Assembly: GCA_965219955.1 (NCBI GenBank)
Contig: OZ244799.1
Coordinates: forward strand, 4,160,001 to 4,224,000
Direction of reading: 5' to 3'
Length of the DNA stretch: 64,000 bases
Origin: a bacterium
GTDB lineage: Bacteria; UBA8248
Made by a program: the position numbers and the translations under genes. Of the stretch, positions 17,940 through 27,105 are shown in pieces; the first letter of the stretch is position 1, and every line of letters starts with the position of its first letter. The notes below the pieces were generated by a model that was not told the origin of the DNA, did not search any database, and worked only from the letters and a program-made list of their open reading frames with translations.

Positions 17940-19709
17940 ATGTCCTCACGCCGAGCCCTGATCGATGTTGCCCTTGGCAATGAACCGGCCGACCTCGCGA
18001 TAACGAACGGCCGTCTCGTCAATGTACATACCCGTGAAATCTACAGCGCCGGGGTCGCTGTCAAGGGCGACCGGATAGCGGCGGTCGGCGACATCGATTA
18101 CGCGATCGGTGAGAACACGGAAGTCATCGACGCGGAGAACCGCTACGTGACACCCGGCCTGATCGACGGCCACCTCCACATGTATCACTCCTACCTGGGC
18201 GTGAACGAGTTCGTCGAGGGAATGCTGCGCCATGGCGTCACCGCCTACGCAGACGGCTTCTACGGCCAGGGGATCGTCGGCGGCCGGGAGGCGATCCGGT
18301 TTTTCAAGGATGCGCTCGAGGCCACCCCGCTCAGGCTCATATTCCTGGTCCCCACGCTCGCGCACCTGCAGAACCGTGAACTCGGCCTCGAGCCCACCCC
18401 GGGCGTCAGCGTCGAAGAGATGAACGAGATGCTCGACTGGGAAAACTGCGTGGGCCTGGAGGAGCCGCCGTTCCTGCCGGTCTGCGAGAAGTGGGACGAT
18501 TATCTGGACCTCTTCGACCGCTGCCTGGAGCAGCGAAAAACGATTACGGGGCATGCCGCCGGCGCGAGCTGGCGCCAGATGCAGGCATACGCCGCGGTCG
18601 GAACCAGCACCGACCACGAGTCCATCGCGACCGACGAGGCGGTCGACAAGACCCGGGCCGGCTTTCGCCTGCTCATGCGGCTCGGGTCGGGCGCGATTGA
18701 CGTGCCCGAACTCGTCAAGGCGTATCTTGAGCACAAGATCGACCCGAGAGCGCTCGCCATGTGCGCCGATCTCGCGTCGCCGGAGAAACTGCTGCGCGAG
18801 GGCGGGGTCGACGATAATATCCGCGTGGCCGTTCGAAACGGGGTGCCGCCCGTCATCGCGGTCCAGATGGCGACCATCAATGTCGCCGAGGCCTTCTACC
18901 TGCAGAGGGATATGGGGGCGGTTGCTCCGGGCCGCTACGCCGACATCCTGCTCGTCGACGACCTGGTCGCATTCGATATCGCCCGCGTATTCGTCGGTGG
19001 GGAGACCATCGTCCGGGACGGCGAGTTCCTGGCGGACCTGGCCCCCATCGAGTATCCAAGAAACTTCCGTGGAACCGTGAAGATCGAGCGTGAGATCACC
19101 GCCGGTTATCTCGAACCACGGACCGATGCCGAGGGCCCGGTGACCGTTCGGGTGATCGGCGTGACGGACGGCAGCCTCGTCACCGACGACGGAAGGGCTG
19201 TCCTCGCGGTCAATGACGGCGTGATACAGCCGGATCTTGCTAACGACGTCCTGCCGCTGACGATGGCCGATCGGTTCGGCAAGGGAGGGGGGCGCATCGG
19301 CAACGGTTTCGTGCGCGGCTTCGGTCTCAAGCGCGGGGCGATTGCGTCGACCGTCAACGCCGTCTGCGAGAATCTGGTTGCGGTCGGCGCGGACACGTCC
19401 GATATGGCGTTCGCCATGAACAAGCTCGCCGAGATCGGCGGCGGGAAGATCGTCGTTGCCGATGGCGAGATCCTCGCATTGGTGGAGTTGCCCCTTCTCG
19501 GGCTCTTGTCCGAAGAACCGACGGAGGCGGTCACGGCGAAGTTCGATAAGGCGTTCGAAGCCATACGCGAACTCGGGTGCGATCTCGCGAGCCCGTTCTC
19601 GCAGCTCGAGTTCAGCTTCGCCTGCGGCGAAATCGGCGACCTGAGGCTTTCCGACGAAGGGTTGTTGCGGGTTGACCCGCCGGAGATGGTGTCGCTGGTC
19701 GTGGAATGA
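17940..19709 (+). CDS. Adenine deaminase family amidohydrolase (divergent active site)
   Basis: PGLIDGHLH, GHA, TDHE, ATINVAE, APGRYADI and Ade C-terminal domain (GFGLKRGAIAST); GGAG RBS. Confidence 0.85.
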   Translation: MSSRRALIDVALGNEPADLAITNGRLVNVHTREIYSAGVAVKGDRIAAVGDIDYAIGENTEVIDAENRYVTPGLIDGHLHMYHSYLGVNEFVEGMLRHGVTAYADGFYGQGIVGGREAIRFFKDALEATPLRLIFLVPTLAHLQNRELGLEPTPGVSVEEMNEMLDWENCVGLEEPPFLPVCEKWDDYLDLFDRCLEQRKTITGHAAGASWRQMQAYAAVGTSTDHESIATDEAVDKTRAGFRLLMRLGSGAIDVPELVKAYLEHKIDPRALAMCADLASPEKLLREGGVDDNIRVAVRNGVPPVIAVQMATINVAEAFYLQRDMGAVAPGRYADILLVDDLVAFDIARVFVGGETIVRDGEFLADLAPIEYPRNFRGTVKIEREITAGYLEPRTDAEGPVTVRVIGVTDGSLVTDDGRAVLAVNDGVIQPDLANDVLPLTMADRFGKGGGRIGNGFVRGFGLKRGAIASTVNAVCENLVAVGADTSDMAFAMNKLAEIGGGKIVVADGEILALVELPLLGLLSEEPTEAVTAKFDKAFEAIRELGCDLASPFSQLEFSFACGEIGDLRLSDEGLLRVDPPEMVSLVVE

Positions 19710-19737
19710 CGCAAACCGGAAACAAGAGGGAGAGATC

Positions 19738-20499
19738 ATGAGCAACGGAAAGCTGGCGGGCCGCGTCGCAATCGTGACCGGCGGATCAAGGGGGCTTGGA
19801 CAGGCGATTGCATGGGAATTCGCGAACGAGGGCGCCGACGTGGCCGTGGTCGGGCGAGACGAAAGCGCCCTCACCGAAACGGTTGACGGCATCGAGCAGC
19901 GCGGCGGAAAGGCCGTCGCGATCGCGGCGGAACTCCGTGAAGTCTCCTCGATTCCAGGAGTTTTCGACAAAGCCGAGGAGGCGCTCGGCGAGTCGACGAT
20001 CCTCGTCAACAGTGCGGGCGTACAGGGGGATCGTCCTGCGCTCGACGTCACCGAGGAGCAGTATGACGAGGTGGCCGACACCAACATGAAGGCGCTGTTC
20101 TTCTGCTGCCAGGAGGCCGGCAAGCGGTGGATCGATCGGGAGAGCGGCGGGCGCATCATCAACCTCGGTTCTATTTTCGCCGTCGTCGGGATGCCCAATT
20201 TCTCGGTCTATTGTTCGACAAAAGGCGGCGTGCTGCTGCTTTCCAAGGCTCTCGCGATCGAGTGGGGGCCACACGGAATCAACGTCAACCTGATCGGCCC
20301 CTGCGCCACGATGACGGACATGGTAAGGCCGCTGTTCGACGACCCCGATTTCAAAGCGGCTTACATGCCGAGGGTGCCCGCCGGCGCCCTGCCCGATCCC
20401 CTGGACATCGGCAGAGCAGCCGTCTTCCTGGCCTCGGACGACGCTCGGATGATTCATGGACACCATCTACTGGTAGACTCCGGCTATACGACCAACTAA
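19738..20499 (+). CDS. SDR family oxidoreductase
   Basis: TGGSRGLG, VNSAG, YCSTK, VDSGYT. Confidence 0.92.
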   Translation: MSNGKLAGRVAIVTGGSRGLGQAIAWEFANEGADVAVVGRDESALTETVDGIEQRGGKAVAIAAELREVSSIPGVFDKAEEALGESTILVNSAGVQGDRPALDVTEEQYDEVADTNMKALFFCCQEAGKRWIDRESGGRIINLGSIFAVVGMPNFSVYCSTKGGVLLLSKALAIEWGPHGINVNLIGPCATMTDMVRPLFDDPDFKAAYMPRVPAGALPDPLDIGRAAVFLASDDARMIHGHHLLVDSGYTTN

Positions 20500-20525
20500 T
20501 CGAGGTTCGGGGGGCTGAGACCCTG

Positions 20526-21620
20526 GTGACTGACCAGAGCGAAACATCAAGCGGTCCTGTCGCAGGCGACCACTCCGGGAACGGTTCCCCACAGGAAACG
20601 ACCAGGACCGGCGGCGCTTTGGAGCGAACGCGCGGTCTGCTGCGCCTCGAGGTGCAGTTGCTGTTCGTCCTCGTCTTCCTCTACCTCGGGTTTTCGGCCA
20701 TAGAACCCGACATCTTCATTTCCGTCAGGACCATCGAGAATCTCGCCAGACAGGCGGGGGTGCTGCTGGTCGCCAGCGTCGGGCAGATGCTGGTGCTCGT
20801 CGTAGGCGGTTTCGACATCTCGGTCGGCGCGACCGCGGGATTCGCCTCCACGGCGCTCGCGCTGCTCGTTGACGATTTCGGGTTGTACGGGGCCGTCACG
20901 GCGGCTTTGGCGCTTGGGGCCCTCGTCGGATCCGTCAACGGTTTCGTTATCGCGTACCTGGGGGTCAACCCCTTCGTGGCCACCCTGGCGATGCTGACGT
21001 TCCTGACCGGGTTGTCGAACGAACTGAGCAGCGGCGCTTCGGTTCCGATCACCGACCGGGGTGTGAGCGCGTTCGGCGCGGACGAGTGGGGGCCGCTGCC
21101 GGGGACAATGGGCATTGGACTGGTTGTCGTGTTCATTGCGTACCTGCTCCTCAACCGCGTCAGGGCGGGTCTCTACATCTATGCGATCGGGGGCGGACGC
21201 GAGACGGCGCGGCTGTCGGGAATTTCGGTCGCCCGCTACGAGGTTCTCGCCTATGCGATGTGCGGTCTTTTCGCGGCCGTCGCCGGGGTCATGCTCGCCT
21301 CCAGGGTCACGCTCGGACAGGCAAGCCTCGGGGCCGGGCTGGAGCTTGAATCCATCGCCGCGGCGGTCATCGGGGGCGCCGCGATCGGCGGCGGGGTCGG
21401 CCGGCTGCTCGGCGCTGCAATGGGGGTGGGGATCCTGACTGTACTCACCAGCGGTCTCGAGATCGTCGGTGTTTCGGAGTTCGCGCGCCAGATGGTTACC
21501 GGCGTCGTGCTGGTCGTAGCGGTCGCCTTCAACCAACGGGGACGGATAGGTGAATGGGCGATCTTCCAGTGGGCCAAATCACTGCTTCGCGGCAACGGTG
21601 CGCGGTTAAGCGGTTCTTGA
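20526..21620 (+). CDS. Sugar/nucleoside ABC transporter permease (RbsC-like)
   Basis: GGFDISVG, PFVATLAM, IYAIGG, ELESIAAAVIGG; GTG start inferred. Confidence 0.9.
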   Translation: MTDQSETSSGPVAGDHSGNGSPQETTRTGGALERTRGLLRLEVQLLFVLVFLYLGFSAIEPDIFISVRTIENLARQAGVLLVASVGQMLVLVVGGFDISVGATAGFASTALALLVDDFGLYGAVTAALALGALVGSVNGFVIAYLGVNPFVATLAMLTFLTGLSNELSSGASVPITDRGVSAFGADEWGPLPGTMGIGLVVVFIAYLLLNRVRAGLYIYAIGGGRETARLSGISVARYEVLAYAMCGLFAAVAGVMLASRVTLGQASLGAGLELESIAAAVIGGAAIGGGVGRLLGAAMGVGILTVLTSGLEIVGVSEFARQMVTGVVLVVAVAFNQRGRIGEWAIFQWAKSLLRGNGARLSGS

Positions 21621-21656
21621 CGCAACATTTCGTTTTCACTGCCAAAGGAGAACACC

Positions 21657-22781
21657 ATGCGTATCAAATCCATGATTGCCATGCTGAGTCTCGTCACGTT
21701 TGCGCTTATGTTCTGGGGAGGGAGCGAGGTCAGCGCCCAGAAAATCAAAATCAGTCCCAAAGATGCGGCCTATGCGAAGTATCAGGCGCTTTCGACGGCG
21801 AAGAAGTTGCATTCGAATCTTCCCTGCACGGTTTCTCCCACCCCGGATGAAGCCGCGGCGTACCGCGCGCCGAAGGCGAAGCGCAGATACACAATCGGCT
21901 TCATGGAGCCCACGCTGGCGGGACACTATTACCAGGCTGGTTCGAGCGGCGCGTTCAAGGCTGCCAAAGAGGCGGGCGTGAAACTCGAGTTCGTTTCCGC
22001 CGGTACCGGATACGCGTCGCCCGAGCAGCAGCTCAAACAGGCCGAGCGTCTCCTGCTGAAAGGCGTGGACGCGGTTGCGGTCATCCCGACCGACATCCAG
22101 GGCGGCGTCGCAATCACCAACCTTTTCCTCCGCGAGAAAATTCCGGTCGTGATCGTGGCCACCGAGTCCAGCTCGCCGGACGCCTACATGGTAATGCAGG
22201 ACGACTACCAGATGGGGCGTGATTCGGCTGACCTCCTGGTGAAAGAGACCGGCCCGAATGCCGGGAAGGGCATCGTGATCGCCGGGCCGGCCAACGCCAC
22301 CTGGTCGGCCAAACGGGCAGCCGGCTTCGCGGATCGGGTGAAAGAAAAGTACCCGGGCGTCAAGATCGCCGTCTCGGCGACGCAGAACGTCGATCCCGCC
22401 CAGGGGCTGAAATCGTTCGAGAACGCGGTTCAGGCCCATCCCGATATCAAATGGGTGTATTCGGTCTTCAACCTGCTGCTCGATCCCGACTCGCTGCCGG
22501 CGCGGTACAAGAACGTGGCTTTCGTCACGAACGGTCTGGACCCCGCTTCCATCCAGGATTTGAAAGAGGGCCAATACTCGACGATCATAGGCATCACGCC
22601 GACCCCGATGGGGTATCAGGGGGTCGGTCACGCCGTGGCGATCCTCAATGGCGATCAAAACGTGCCCGCCCTGGTTTGCATCCCGCTGACGCGGTACACC
22701 GCCAAAGACATGCCGCCCAACAAGACCGCGGTGACGCTGGAGCTTATCCAGAAAGGGTTCGAGGTCTCGGCTCAGAAATGA
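21657..22781 (+). CDS. Sugar ABC transporter substrate-binding protein (periplasmic binding protein type 1)
   Basis: Signal peptide, KGVDAVAVIP, QDDYQMGR, RAAGF. Confidence 0.88.
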   Translation: MRIKSMIAMLSLVTFALMFWGGSEVSAQKIKISPKDAAYAKYQALSTAKKLHSNLPCTVSPTPDEAAAYRAPKAKRRYTIGFMEPTLAGHYYQAGSSGAFKAAKEAGVKLEFVSAGTGYASPEQQLKQAERLLLKGVDAVAVIPTDIQGGVAITNLFLREKIPVVIVATESSSPDAYMVMQDDYQMGRDSADLLVKETGPNAGKGIVIAGPANATWSAKRAAGFADRVKEKYPGVKIAVSATQNVDPAQGLKSFENAVQAHPDIKWVYSVFNLLLDPDSLPARYKNVAFVTNGLDPASIQDLKEGQYSTIIGITPTPMGYQGVGHAVAILNGDQNVPALVCIPLTRYTAKDMPPNKTAVTLELIQKGFEVSAQK

Positions 22782-22830
22782 CCGGCAGGCAGCGCTTCGC
22801 TCACGAGCCTGGTGGTCAGAGAGGACGGAA

Positions 22831-24363
22831 TTGCTGAATTCCCCGGTCGAAGAACGCCGCGTTCCCGCCGTCAGGATGGAGAACGTCACCAAAACGTTCC
22901 CCGGCGTAAAGGCCCTGGATCGCGTCAGCTTTGATGTCGACCACGGCGAGATACACGCGCTGGTCGGGGAGAACGGGTCGGGGAAGTCCACACTTTTGAA
23001 GCTGATGGTGGGCGCTTTCCCGATGGACTCCGGGCTGATCCGCATTAACGGGGACGAGGTGCGGCTGCGCTCGCCGCGTGAGGCCAGGAAGCGGTACGGC
23101 ATCAAGATAATGCCGCAGGACGTCGAGTTGTGCGGACAACTGATTACCGGCCGCAACATCATGCTGGGCCTCGAGGGGGCGCTGGTCGACCGGAACAGGC
23201 TGTCGCGCCGCGAGCGGGCGATGACGACGGAAGTGCTCCGCCTGATCGGCGCCCACGTGGATCCCCAGGTCCTGGGGGAGGATTTAAGCACACCGGAGGC
23301 TCGATTCATCCAGATCGCTCACGCGCTCCTGCCTCCGGTGAACGTGGTCCTTTGCGACGAGCCGACGGCGGTGCTCTCCACAGTGGATGCCGAGGCGCTT
23401 CTGGCCACCCTGACCAGGATTCGGAGCGAGGCGGGTACGGCCATCGTATACGTCAGCCACCGGATCGGCGAGGTTCTCCAGATAGCCGACCGCATCACGA
23501 TCCTCCGTGACGGCCTCAGCGTCGGCACGTTTCGACGCGACGAGATCGACCGGCAACAAATGATCGAGCTGATGACCAAGTCCGCGAGCGACGGCAGGCA
23601 AGGGACGCCGTCTCAGGACGCCCCCCGGGACGCGGCGAAAGGAGGCAGGCTTGCGGTAAAGGAACTTGGCTTCGGTCGAAGCTTTTCGGACGTCTCGCTC
23701 GAAGTAGCGGCGGGGCAAATCGTGGGAATCGCCGGCGCGCAAGGCGCGGGGTTTGGCCCGCTGCTCGCCGCAATTGCGGGCCGCATGAAGTACGACGCCG
23801 GCTCCGTCGAGCTGGACGGGGTCTCCATTCCGCCCGGCTCGACCACGAAAGCGTACAGGTTCGGGATCGCGCTGGTCCCGGCCGACCGGCGGCAGGCGGG
23901 TATCGTCCCGTCGCTCACGGTTCGGGAGAACATCGCCTTGCCCATTACAGGATCGCTTGGACGGAACGGCTTCCGGCTTCGGCGGGCCGAGCGCGAGAAG
24001 AGCCGGAAATTCGCTGAGGTATTCGATATCAGGGGAGCCGGGCTCAACACCATGGCCGGAAACCTGAGCGGCGGCAACCAGCAGAAACTGGCGATTGCCC
24101 GATCCCTTCAGGGAGAGCCGAAGTTTCTTCTGCTCGAAGAACCCACGCAGGGGATCGACATCGGCGCGAAGTCCGAGATCCGCCATCACATCGGCCAACT
24201 CGTTCGCAACGAAGGAATGGGCGCGCTGGTCGCGAGTTCCGAGTTTGAAGATCTCATCGGCTTCTCGGATGTCCTCCACGTGATGCGCCTGGGCCGGATC
24301 GTCGCGACATTCGACGGGAAGACGGCGACCTACTCGGACATCCTCCACGCGGCGCTCCCGTAG
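22831..24363 (+). CDS. Sugar ABC transporter ATP-binding protein (RbsA-like, two ABC domains)
   Basis: FPGVKALD, GENGSGKST, DEPT, LSGGNQQK, EPTQGIDIGAKSEI. Confidence 0.93.
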   Translation: MLNSPVEERRVPAVRMENVTKTFPGVKALDRVSFDVDHGEIHALVGENGSGKSTLLKLMVGAFPMDSGLIRINGDEVRLRSPREARKRYGIKIMPQDVELCGQLITGRNIMLGLEGALVDRNRLSRRERAMTTEVLRLIGAHVDPQVLGEDLSTPEARFIQIAHALLPPVNVVLCDEPTAVLSTVDAEALLATLTRIRSEAGTAIVYVSHRIGEVLQIADRITILRDGLSVGTFRRDEIDRQQMIELMTKSASDGRQGTPSQDAPRDAAKGGRLAVKELGFGRSFSDVSLEVAAGQIVGIAGAQGAGFGPLLAAIAGRMKYDAGSVELDGVSIPPGSTTKAYRFGIALVPADRRQAGIVPSLTVRENIALPITGSLGRNGFRLRRAEREKSRKFAEVFDIRGAGLNTMAGNLSGGNQQKLAIARSLQGEPKFLLLEEPTQGIDIGAKSEIRHHIGQLVRNEGMGALVASSEFEDLIGFSDVLHVMRLGRIVATFDGKTATYSDILHAALP

Positions 24364-24434
24364 GGGCCGGGGCCTCCGCCCGCCCGATCCGGCCTCCTCG
24401 CTCGAAGCCGGAAGTCGCACTACCCCCCCTCTTC

Positions 24435-25137
24435 GGGGTTGTTGAAAAGCCCCTGTCCGACCTCCGAAATCGTTCGCCGTAGCAGAGACAGGCCCCTGCG
24501 CCTGTCTCAGGCCTCCGTGCCTGTCCGATGAAACTACCACCGTCATTCCGGCGAAAGCCGGAATCCATTTTGACTTTTCACCGGGCGGGGTGGCCACGAC
24601 CTTGTTGTCGCGCGGCGTCCGGATGCGGAATCCAGAGAATTCGCCTTTCGTTTTCGTGTTCGATTCCGATCCTCCCCGCCCGGGCGTAAAGACGTCCGAA
24701 CGAAGAGGCGAAAAGGCAAAGGCGAAAATGGATTCCGGGCAATCCCTCCCTCTCCGGTCGGCATTGATTGCCGGAATGACGGCCAAAACCCGAAACAGGG
24801 CGGAGGCGCAGGCATCTCTTCCTCCCCGATGAGGTTTATCAACAGCCCCCTCAAGGGGCTGTTGATAAAGTCCGTGCGCATCCCCTCGAATGGAGGCCGT
24901 AGGGGCGGCCCTCCGTGGCCGCCCGTCGGTCGTATTCACCCCGATACAAGAAGGGCGCGAGGGTCTCGGACAGGCACGGAGGCCTGTCCCTACCCCTGCC
25001 TCCCCGGTCGGCTCCATACGCCGAATCACGAAATGAGACCTTTTTCAACAACCCCCTCAAGGGGGGAGTGAAGTCTTCTCCCTTCCCGGTCGGTTTCGTT
25101 CGCCGAATCATGAAATCAGGGCTTTTTCAACAGCCCC
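24435..25137. mobile_element. Nested composite MITE: outer unit flanked by TCTTC, inner unit 24855-25055 flanked by CTCAA
   Basis: TCTTC(24430-24434) GGGGTTGTTGAAAAG ... CTTTTTCAACAGCCCC TCTTC(25138-25142); CTCAA(24850-24854) GGGGCTGTTGATAAAG ... CTTTTTCAACAACCCC CTCAA(25056-25060). Confidence 0.8.
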
Positions 25138-25230
25138 TCTTCAGTCGCATTTCCCCGCAATTGCAATGATGGGATGAAGAGAGAGAGCGCGTATGATAAC
25201 GGAGCCGGCCGGTTTGTCTGGAGAAAAATG

Positions 25231-25410
25231 AATTTCCGTAAATTTCGATAAAATCAGATAAATTCACGGGGTTTTTCGATAAATTGACGGGGTATTTCCG
25301 GGAATTATTTTCTTGAGGAATGACGCCGCGGAATCGGGGCGCAGGGGAATTCTGCCATGGTCTGCGAGTTCCGCGATGACGGCAAATGCGGGCAAATGCG
25401 GGGGTGAAAT
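25231..25410. repeat. 10-bp-periodic AT-rich element, copy 1
   Basis: AATTTCCGTA/AATTTCGATA/AAATCAGATA/AATTCACGGG and GGCAAATGCG x2; inverted copy at 38011-38124. Confidence 0.7.
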
Positions 25411-25506
25411 TCTCCCGGCGCGCTTTTCATGGGCGCACAGGTATTGTAAGAATGCAGGCGGGCGGAAGGGCCTGATTTCACTGGGGTTTTCCTGGGAGAG
25501 GCGGAC

Positions 25507-26202
25507 ATGGCGCGGCGCATGATTTTCGTATTGACCCTGGGCGTTCTCGTCGGCCTGGCGGGCGCGCCCGCGTGGCGCTGGCTTGAGAGAAGCCTTTTCG
25601 AGAGCCTGCCCGTCTATTCGCAACTGCCTGATTTTGCACTGGTTGACGCTTCGGGCCGGGCGTTTGCGAGAGATCGCCTGCGCGGCAAAGTCTGGGTGGC
25701 GGACTTCATCTACACGCGGTGTGAGGATACCTGCCCCCTCCAGACTTCCGAGATGCGCCGCCTTCAGCGAGCGTTTTCGGGCTCAGAGGACTTCCGGCAG
25801 ATCTCCATCACCACCGACCCCGCGCACGACAAGAAAGAACGCCTCGCGGCCTATGCGCAAAAGTTCGGCGCGGACAGGGCGCGGTGGTTTTTTCTCACGG
25901 GCAAGGAAAAAGAAATCAAGGACTTGGCGCTCAAGGGCTTTCGCCTGAGCTATGCGACGAAACAAGCCGCGCTCCCCCCCGGTTCGGTCGCCGGGCGGGC
26001 CTTCCGGCTTCTCCTGCCCGCCGCGCACGCGCATCACCCGGGGCATCAGGAGGGGGAAAAGACGCCGGGAATCCTGATTTCCCACAGCTCGCGTTTCGTG
26101 CTCATCGACAGGAATTTCACCATCCGGGGCTATTACCACAGCAACGACGCGGAATCTCTCGAGAAGTTGAGGAAGGATTTGAGAGCCCTGCTAAACAGTT
26201 GA
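25507..26202 (+). CDS. SCO family copper chaperone
   Basis: N-terminal TM, FIYTRCEDTCP (CxxxC), DPAHD, ISHSSRFVLID. Confidence 0.92.
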   Translation: MARRMIFVLTLGVLVGLAGAPAWRWLERSLFESLPVYSQLPDFALVDASGRAFARDRLRGKVWVADFIYTRCEDTCPLQTSEMRRLQRAFSGSEDFRQISITTDPAHDKKERLAAYAQKFGADRARWFFLTGKEKEIKDLALKGFRLSYATKQAALPPGSVAGRAFRLLLPAAHAHHPGHQEGEKTPGILISHSSRFVLIDRNFTIRGYYHSNDAESLEKLRKDLRALLNS

Positions 26203-26214
26203 TTTGTTTGCTGA

Positions 26215-27075
26215 TTACGTGGTTTCCATATCTGCGATCATCTCGGCGTAACCCTCCCGATAGGACGGATAGAGAAAGCGATAGCCTGTCACCTTGAGCC
26301 TGGCGTTCGAGCATCGCTTGTTCGCCGCCACGCGCGCGGAGGGGGCTTCGCCGCCCGCGGCTACACGCGGTTGCGGGACGCCCAGCCGCTCCGCCAGCCA
26401 ATTCAATACCTTGCGGCGATCCGCGGGCTCATCGTCGACGCCGACGTATATCGCATCGGGCGCGTCCATCTTCATGAGGTGGGCGAGTACGCCCGCGCAG
26501 TCATCGCGGTGGATGCGGTTCGTAAAGCGGGGCGGCCCCTCAGGGACTTCGGCCTTGCCCGCGCGGACGGCGTCTATCAGGCGCGTGCGGCCGGGGCCGT
26601 AAATGCCTGAAAGTCTCAGGATTGTGGCGGGATGGCCGCTCTCCAGCAATGCGCGCTCGCCTTCGAGCAGGATGCGGCCCGCGTAATGGGTCGGCAGCGT
26701 GGGGGATTCCTCGTCCACCCGGCCGCCGTCTGTCTGCGCGTAGACGGCCGTGCTCGATGTGAAGAAGATGCGCCCGGGTTTTTCTCCTTTCTTATCAATG
26801 GCTTTAAGGAGGTTTTTCGGGCCGTCGGCATACGCCGCCCGGTAGCCGGCCTCGCCGCCACCGCCCGAGGAGAGGGTGTAGAAGATGAAATCGAGGCCCT
26901 CGGGGAGGAGATCGCCCAGGTCCTTGTCGTGAACGTCCGCGCTCAGCGGTTTGATGGATCCGGGCAGGTTATCGGGATTCCGGCGCATCCCCCGGACGAG
27001 ATGGCCCTCGGCGGCGAGCTTCGTCCCGAGCGCTGCACCGACATAGCCGCAACCTATGATGAGCACGTTCGCCAT
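26215..27075 (-). CDS. NAD-dependent epimerase/dehydratase (YeeZ-like atypical SDR)
   Basis: IIGCGYVG, SSTAVY, LRLSGIYGPGR, NRIHRDD, YPSYREG. Confidence 0.88.
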   Translation of the reverse strand: MANVLIIGCGYVGAALGTKLAAEGHLVRGMRRNPDNLPGSIKPLSADVHDKDLGDLLPEGLDFIFYTLSSGGGGEAGYRAAYADGPKNLLKAIDKKGEKPGRIFFTSSTAVYAQTDGGRVDEESPTLPTHYAGRILLEGERALLESGHPATILRLSGIYGPGRTRLIDAVRAGKAEVPEGPPRFTNRIHRDDCAGVLAHLMKMDAPDAIYVGVDDEPADRRKVLNWLAERLGVPQPRVAAGGEAPSARVAANKRCSNARLKVTGYRFLYPSYREGYAEMIADMETT

Positions 27076-27105
27076 GACGGGCCTTAATCCTTGAAATCGC
27101 TCGAC

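Noticed and set aside
182-23309. Long antisense or overlapping ORFs (e.g. 182-1690, 1745-3223, 10815-12350, 17946-20198, 21636-23309)
   Set aside because: Shadow frames of GC-rich genes, with no recognisable motifs
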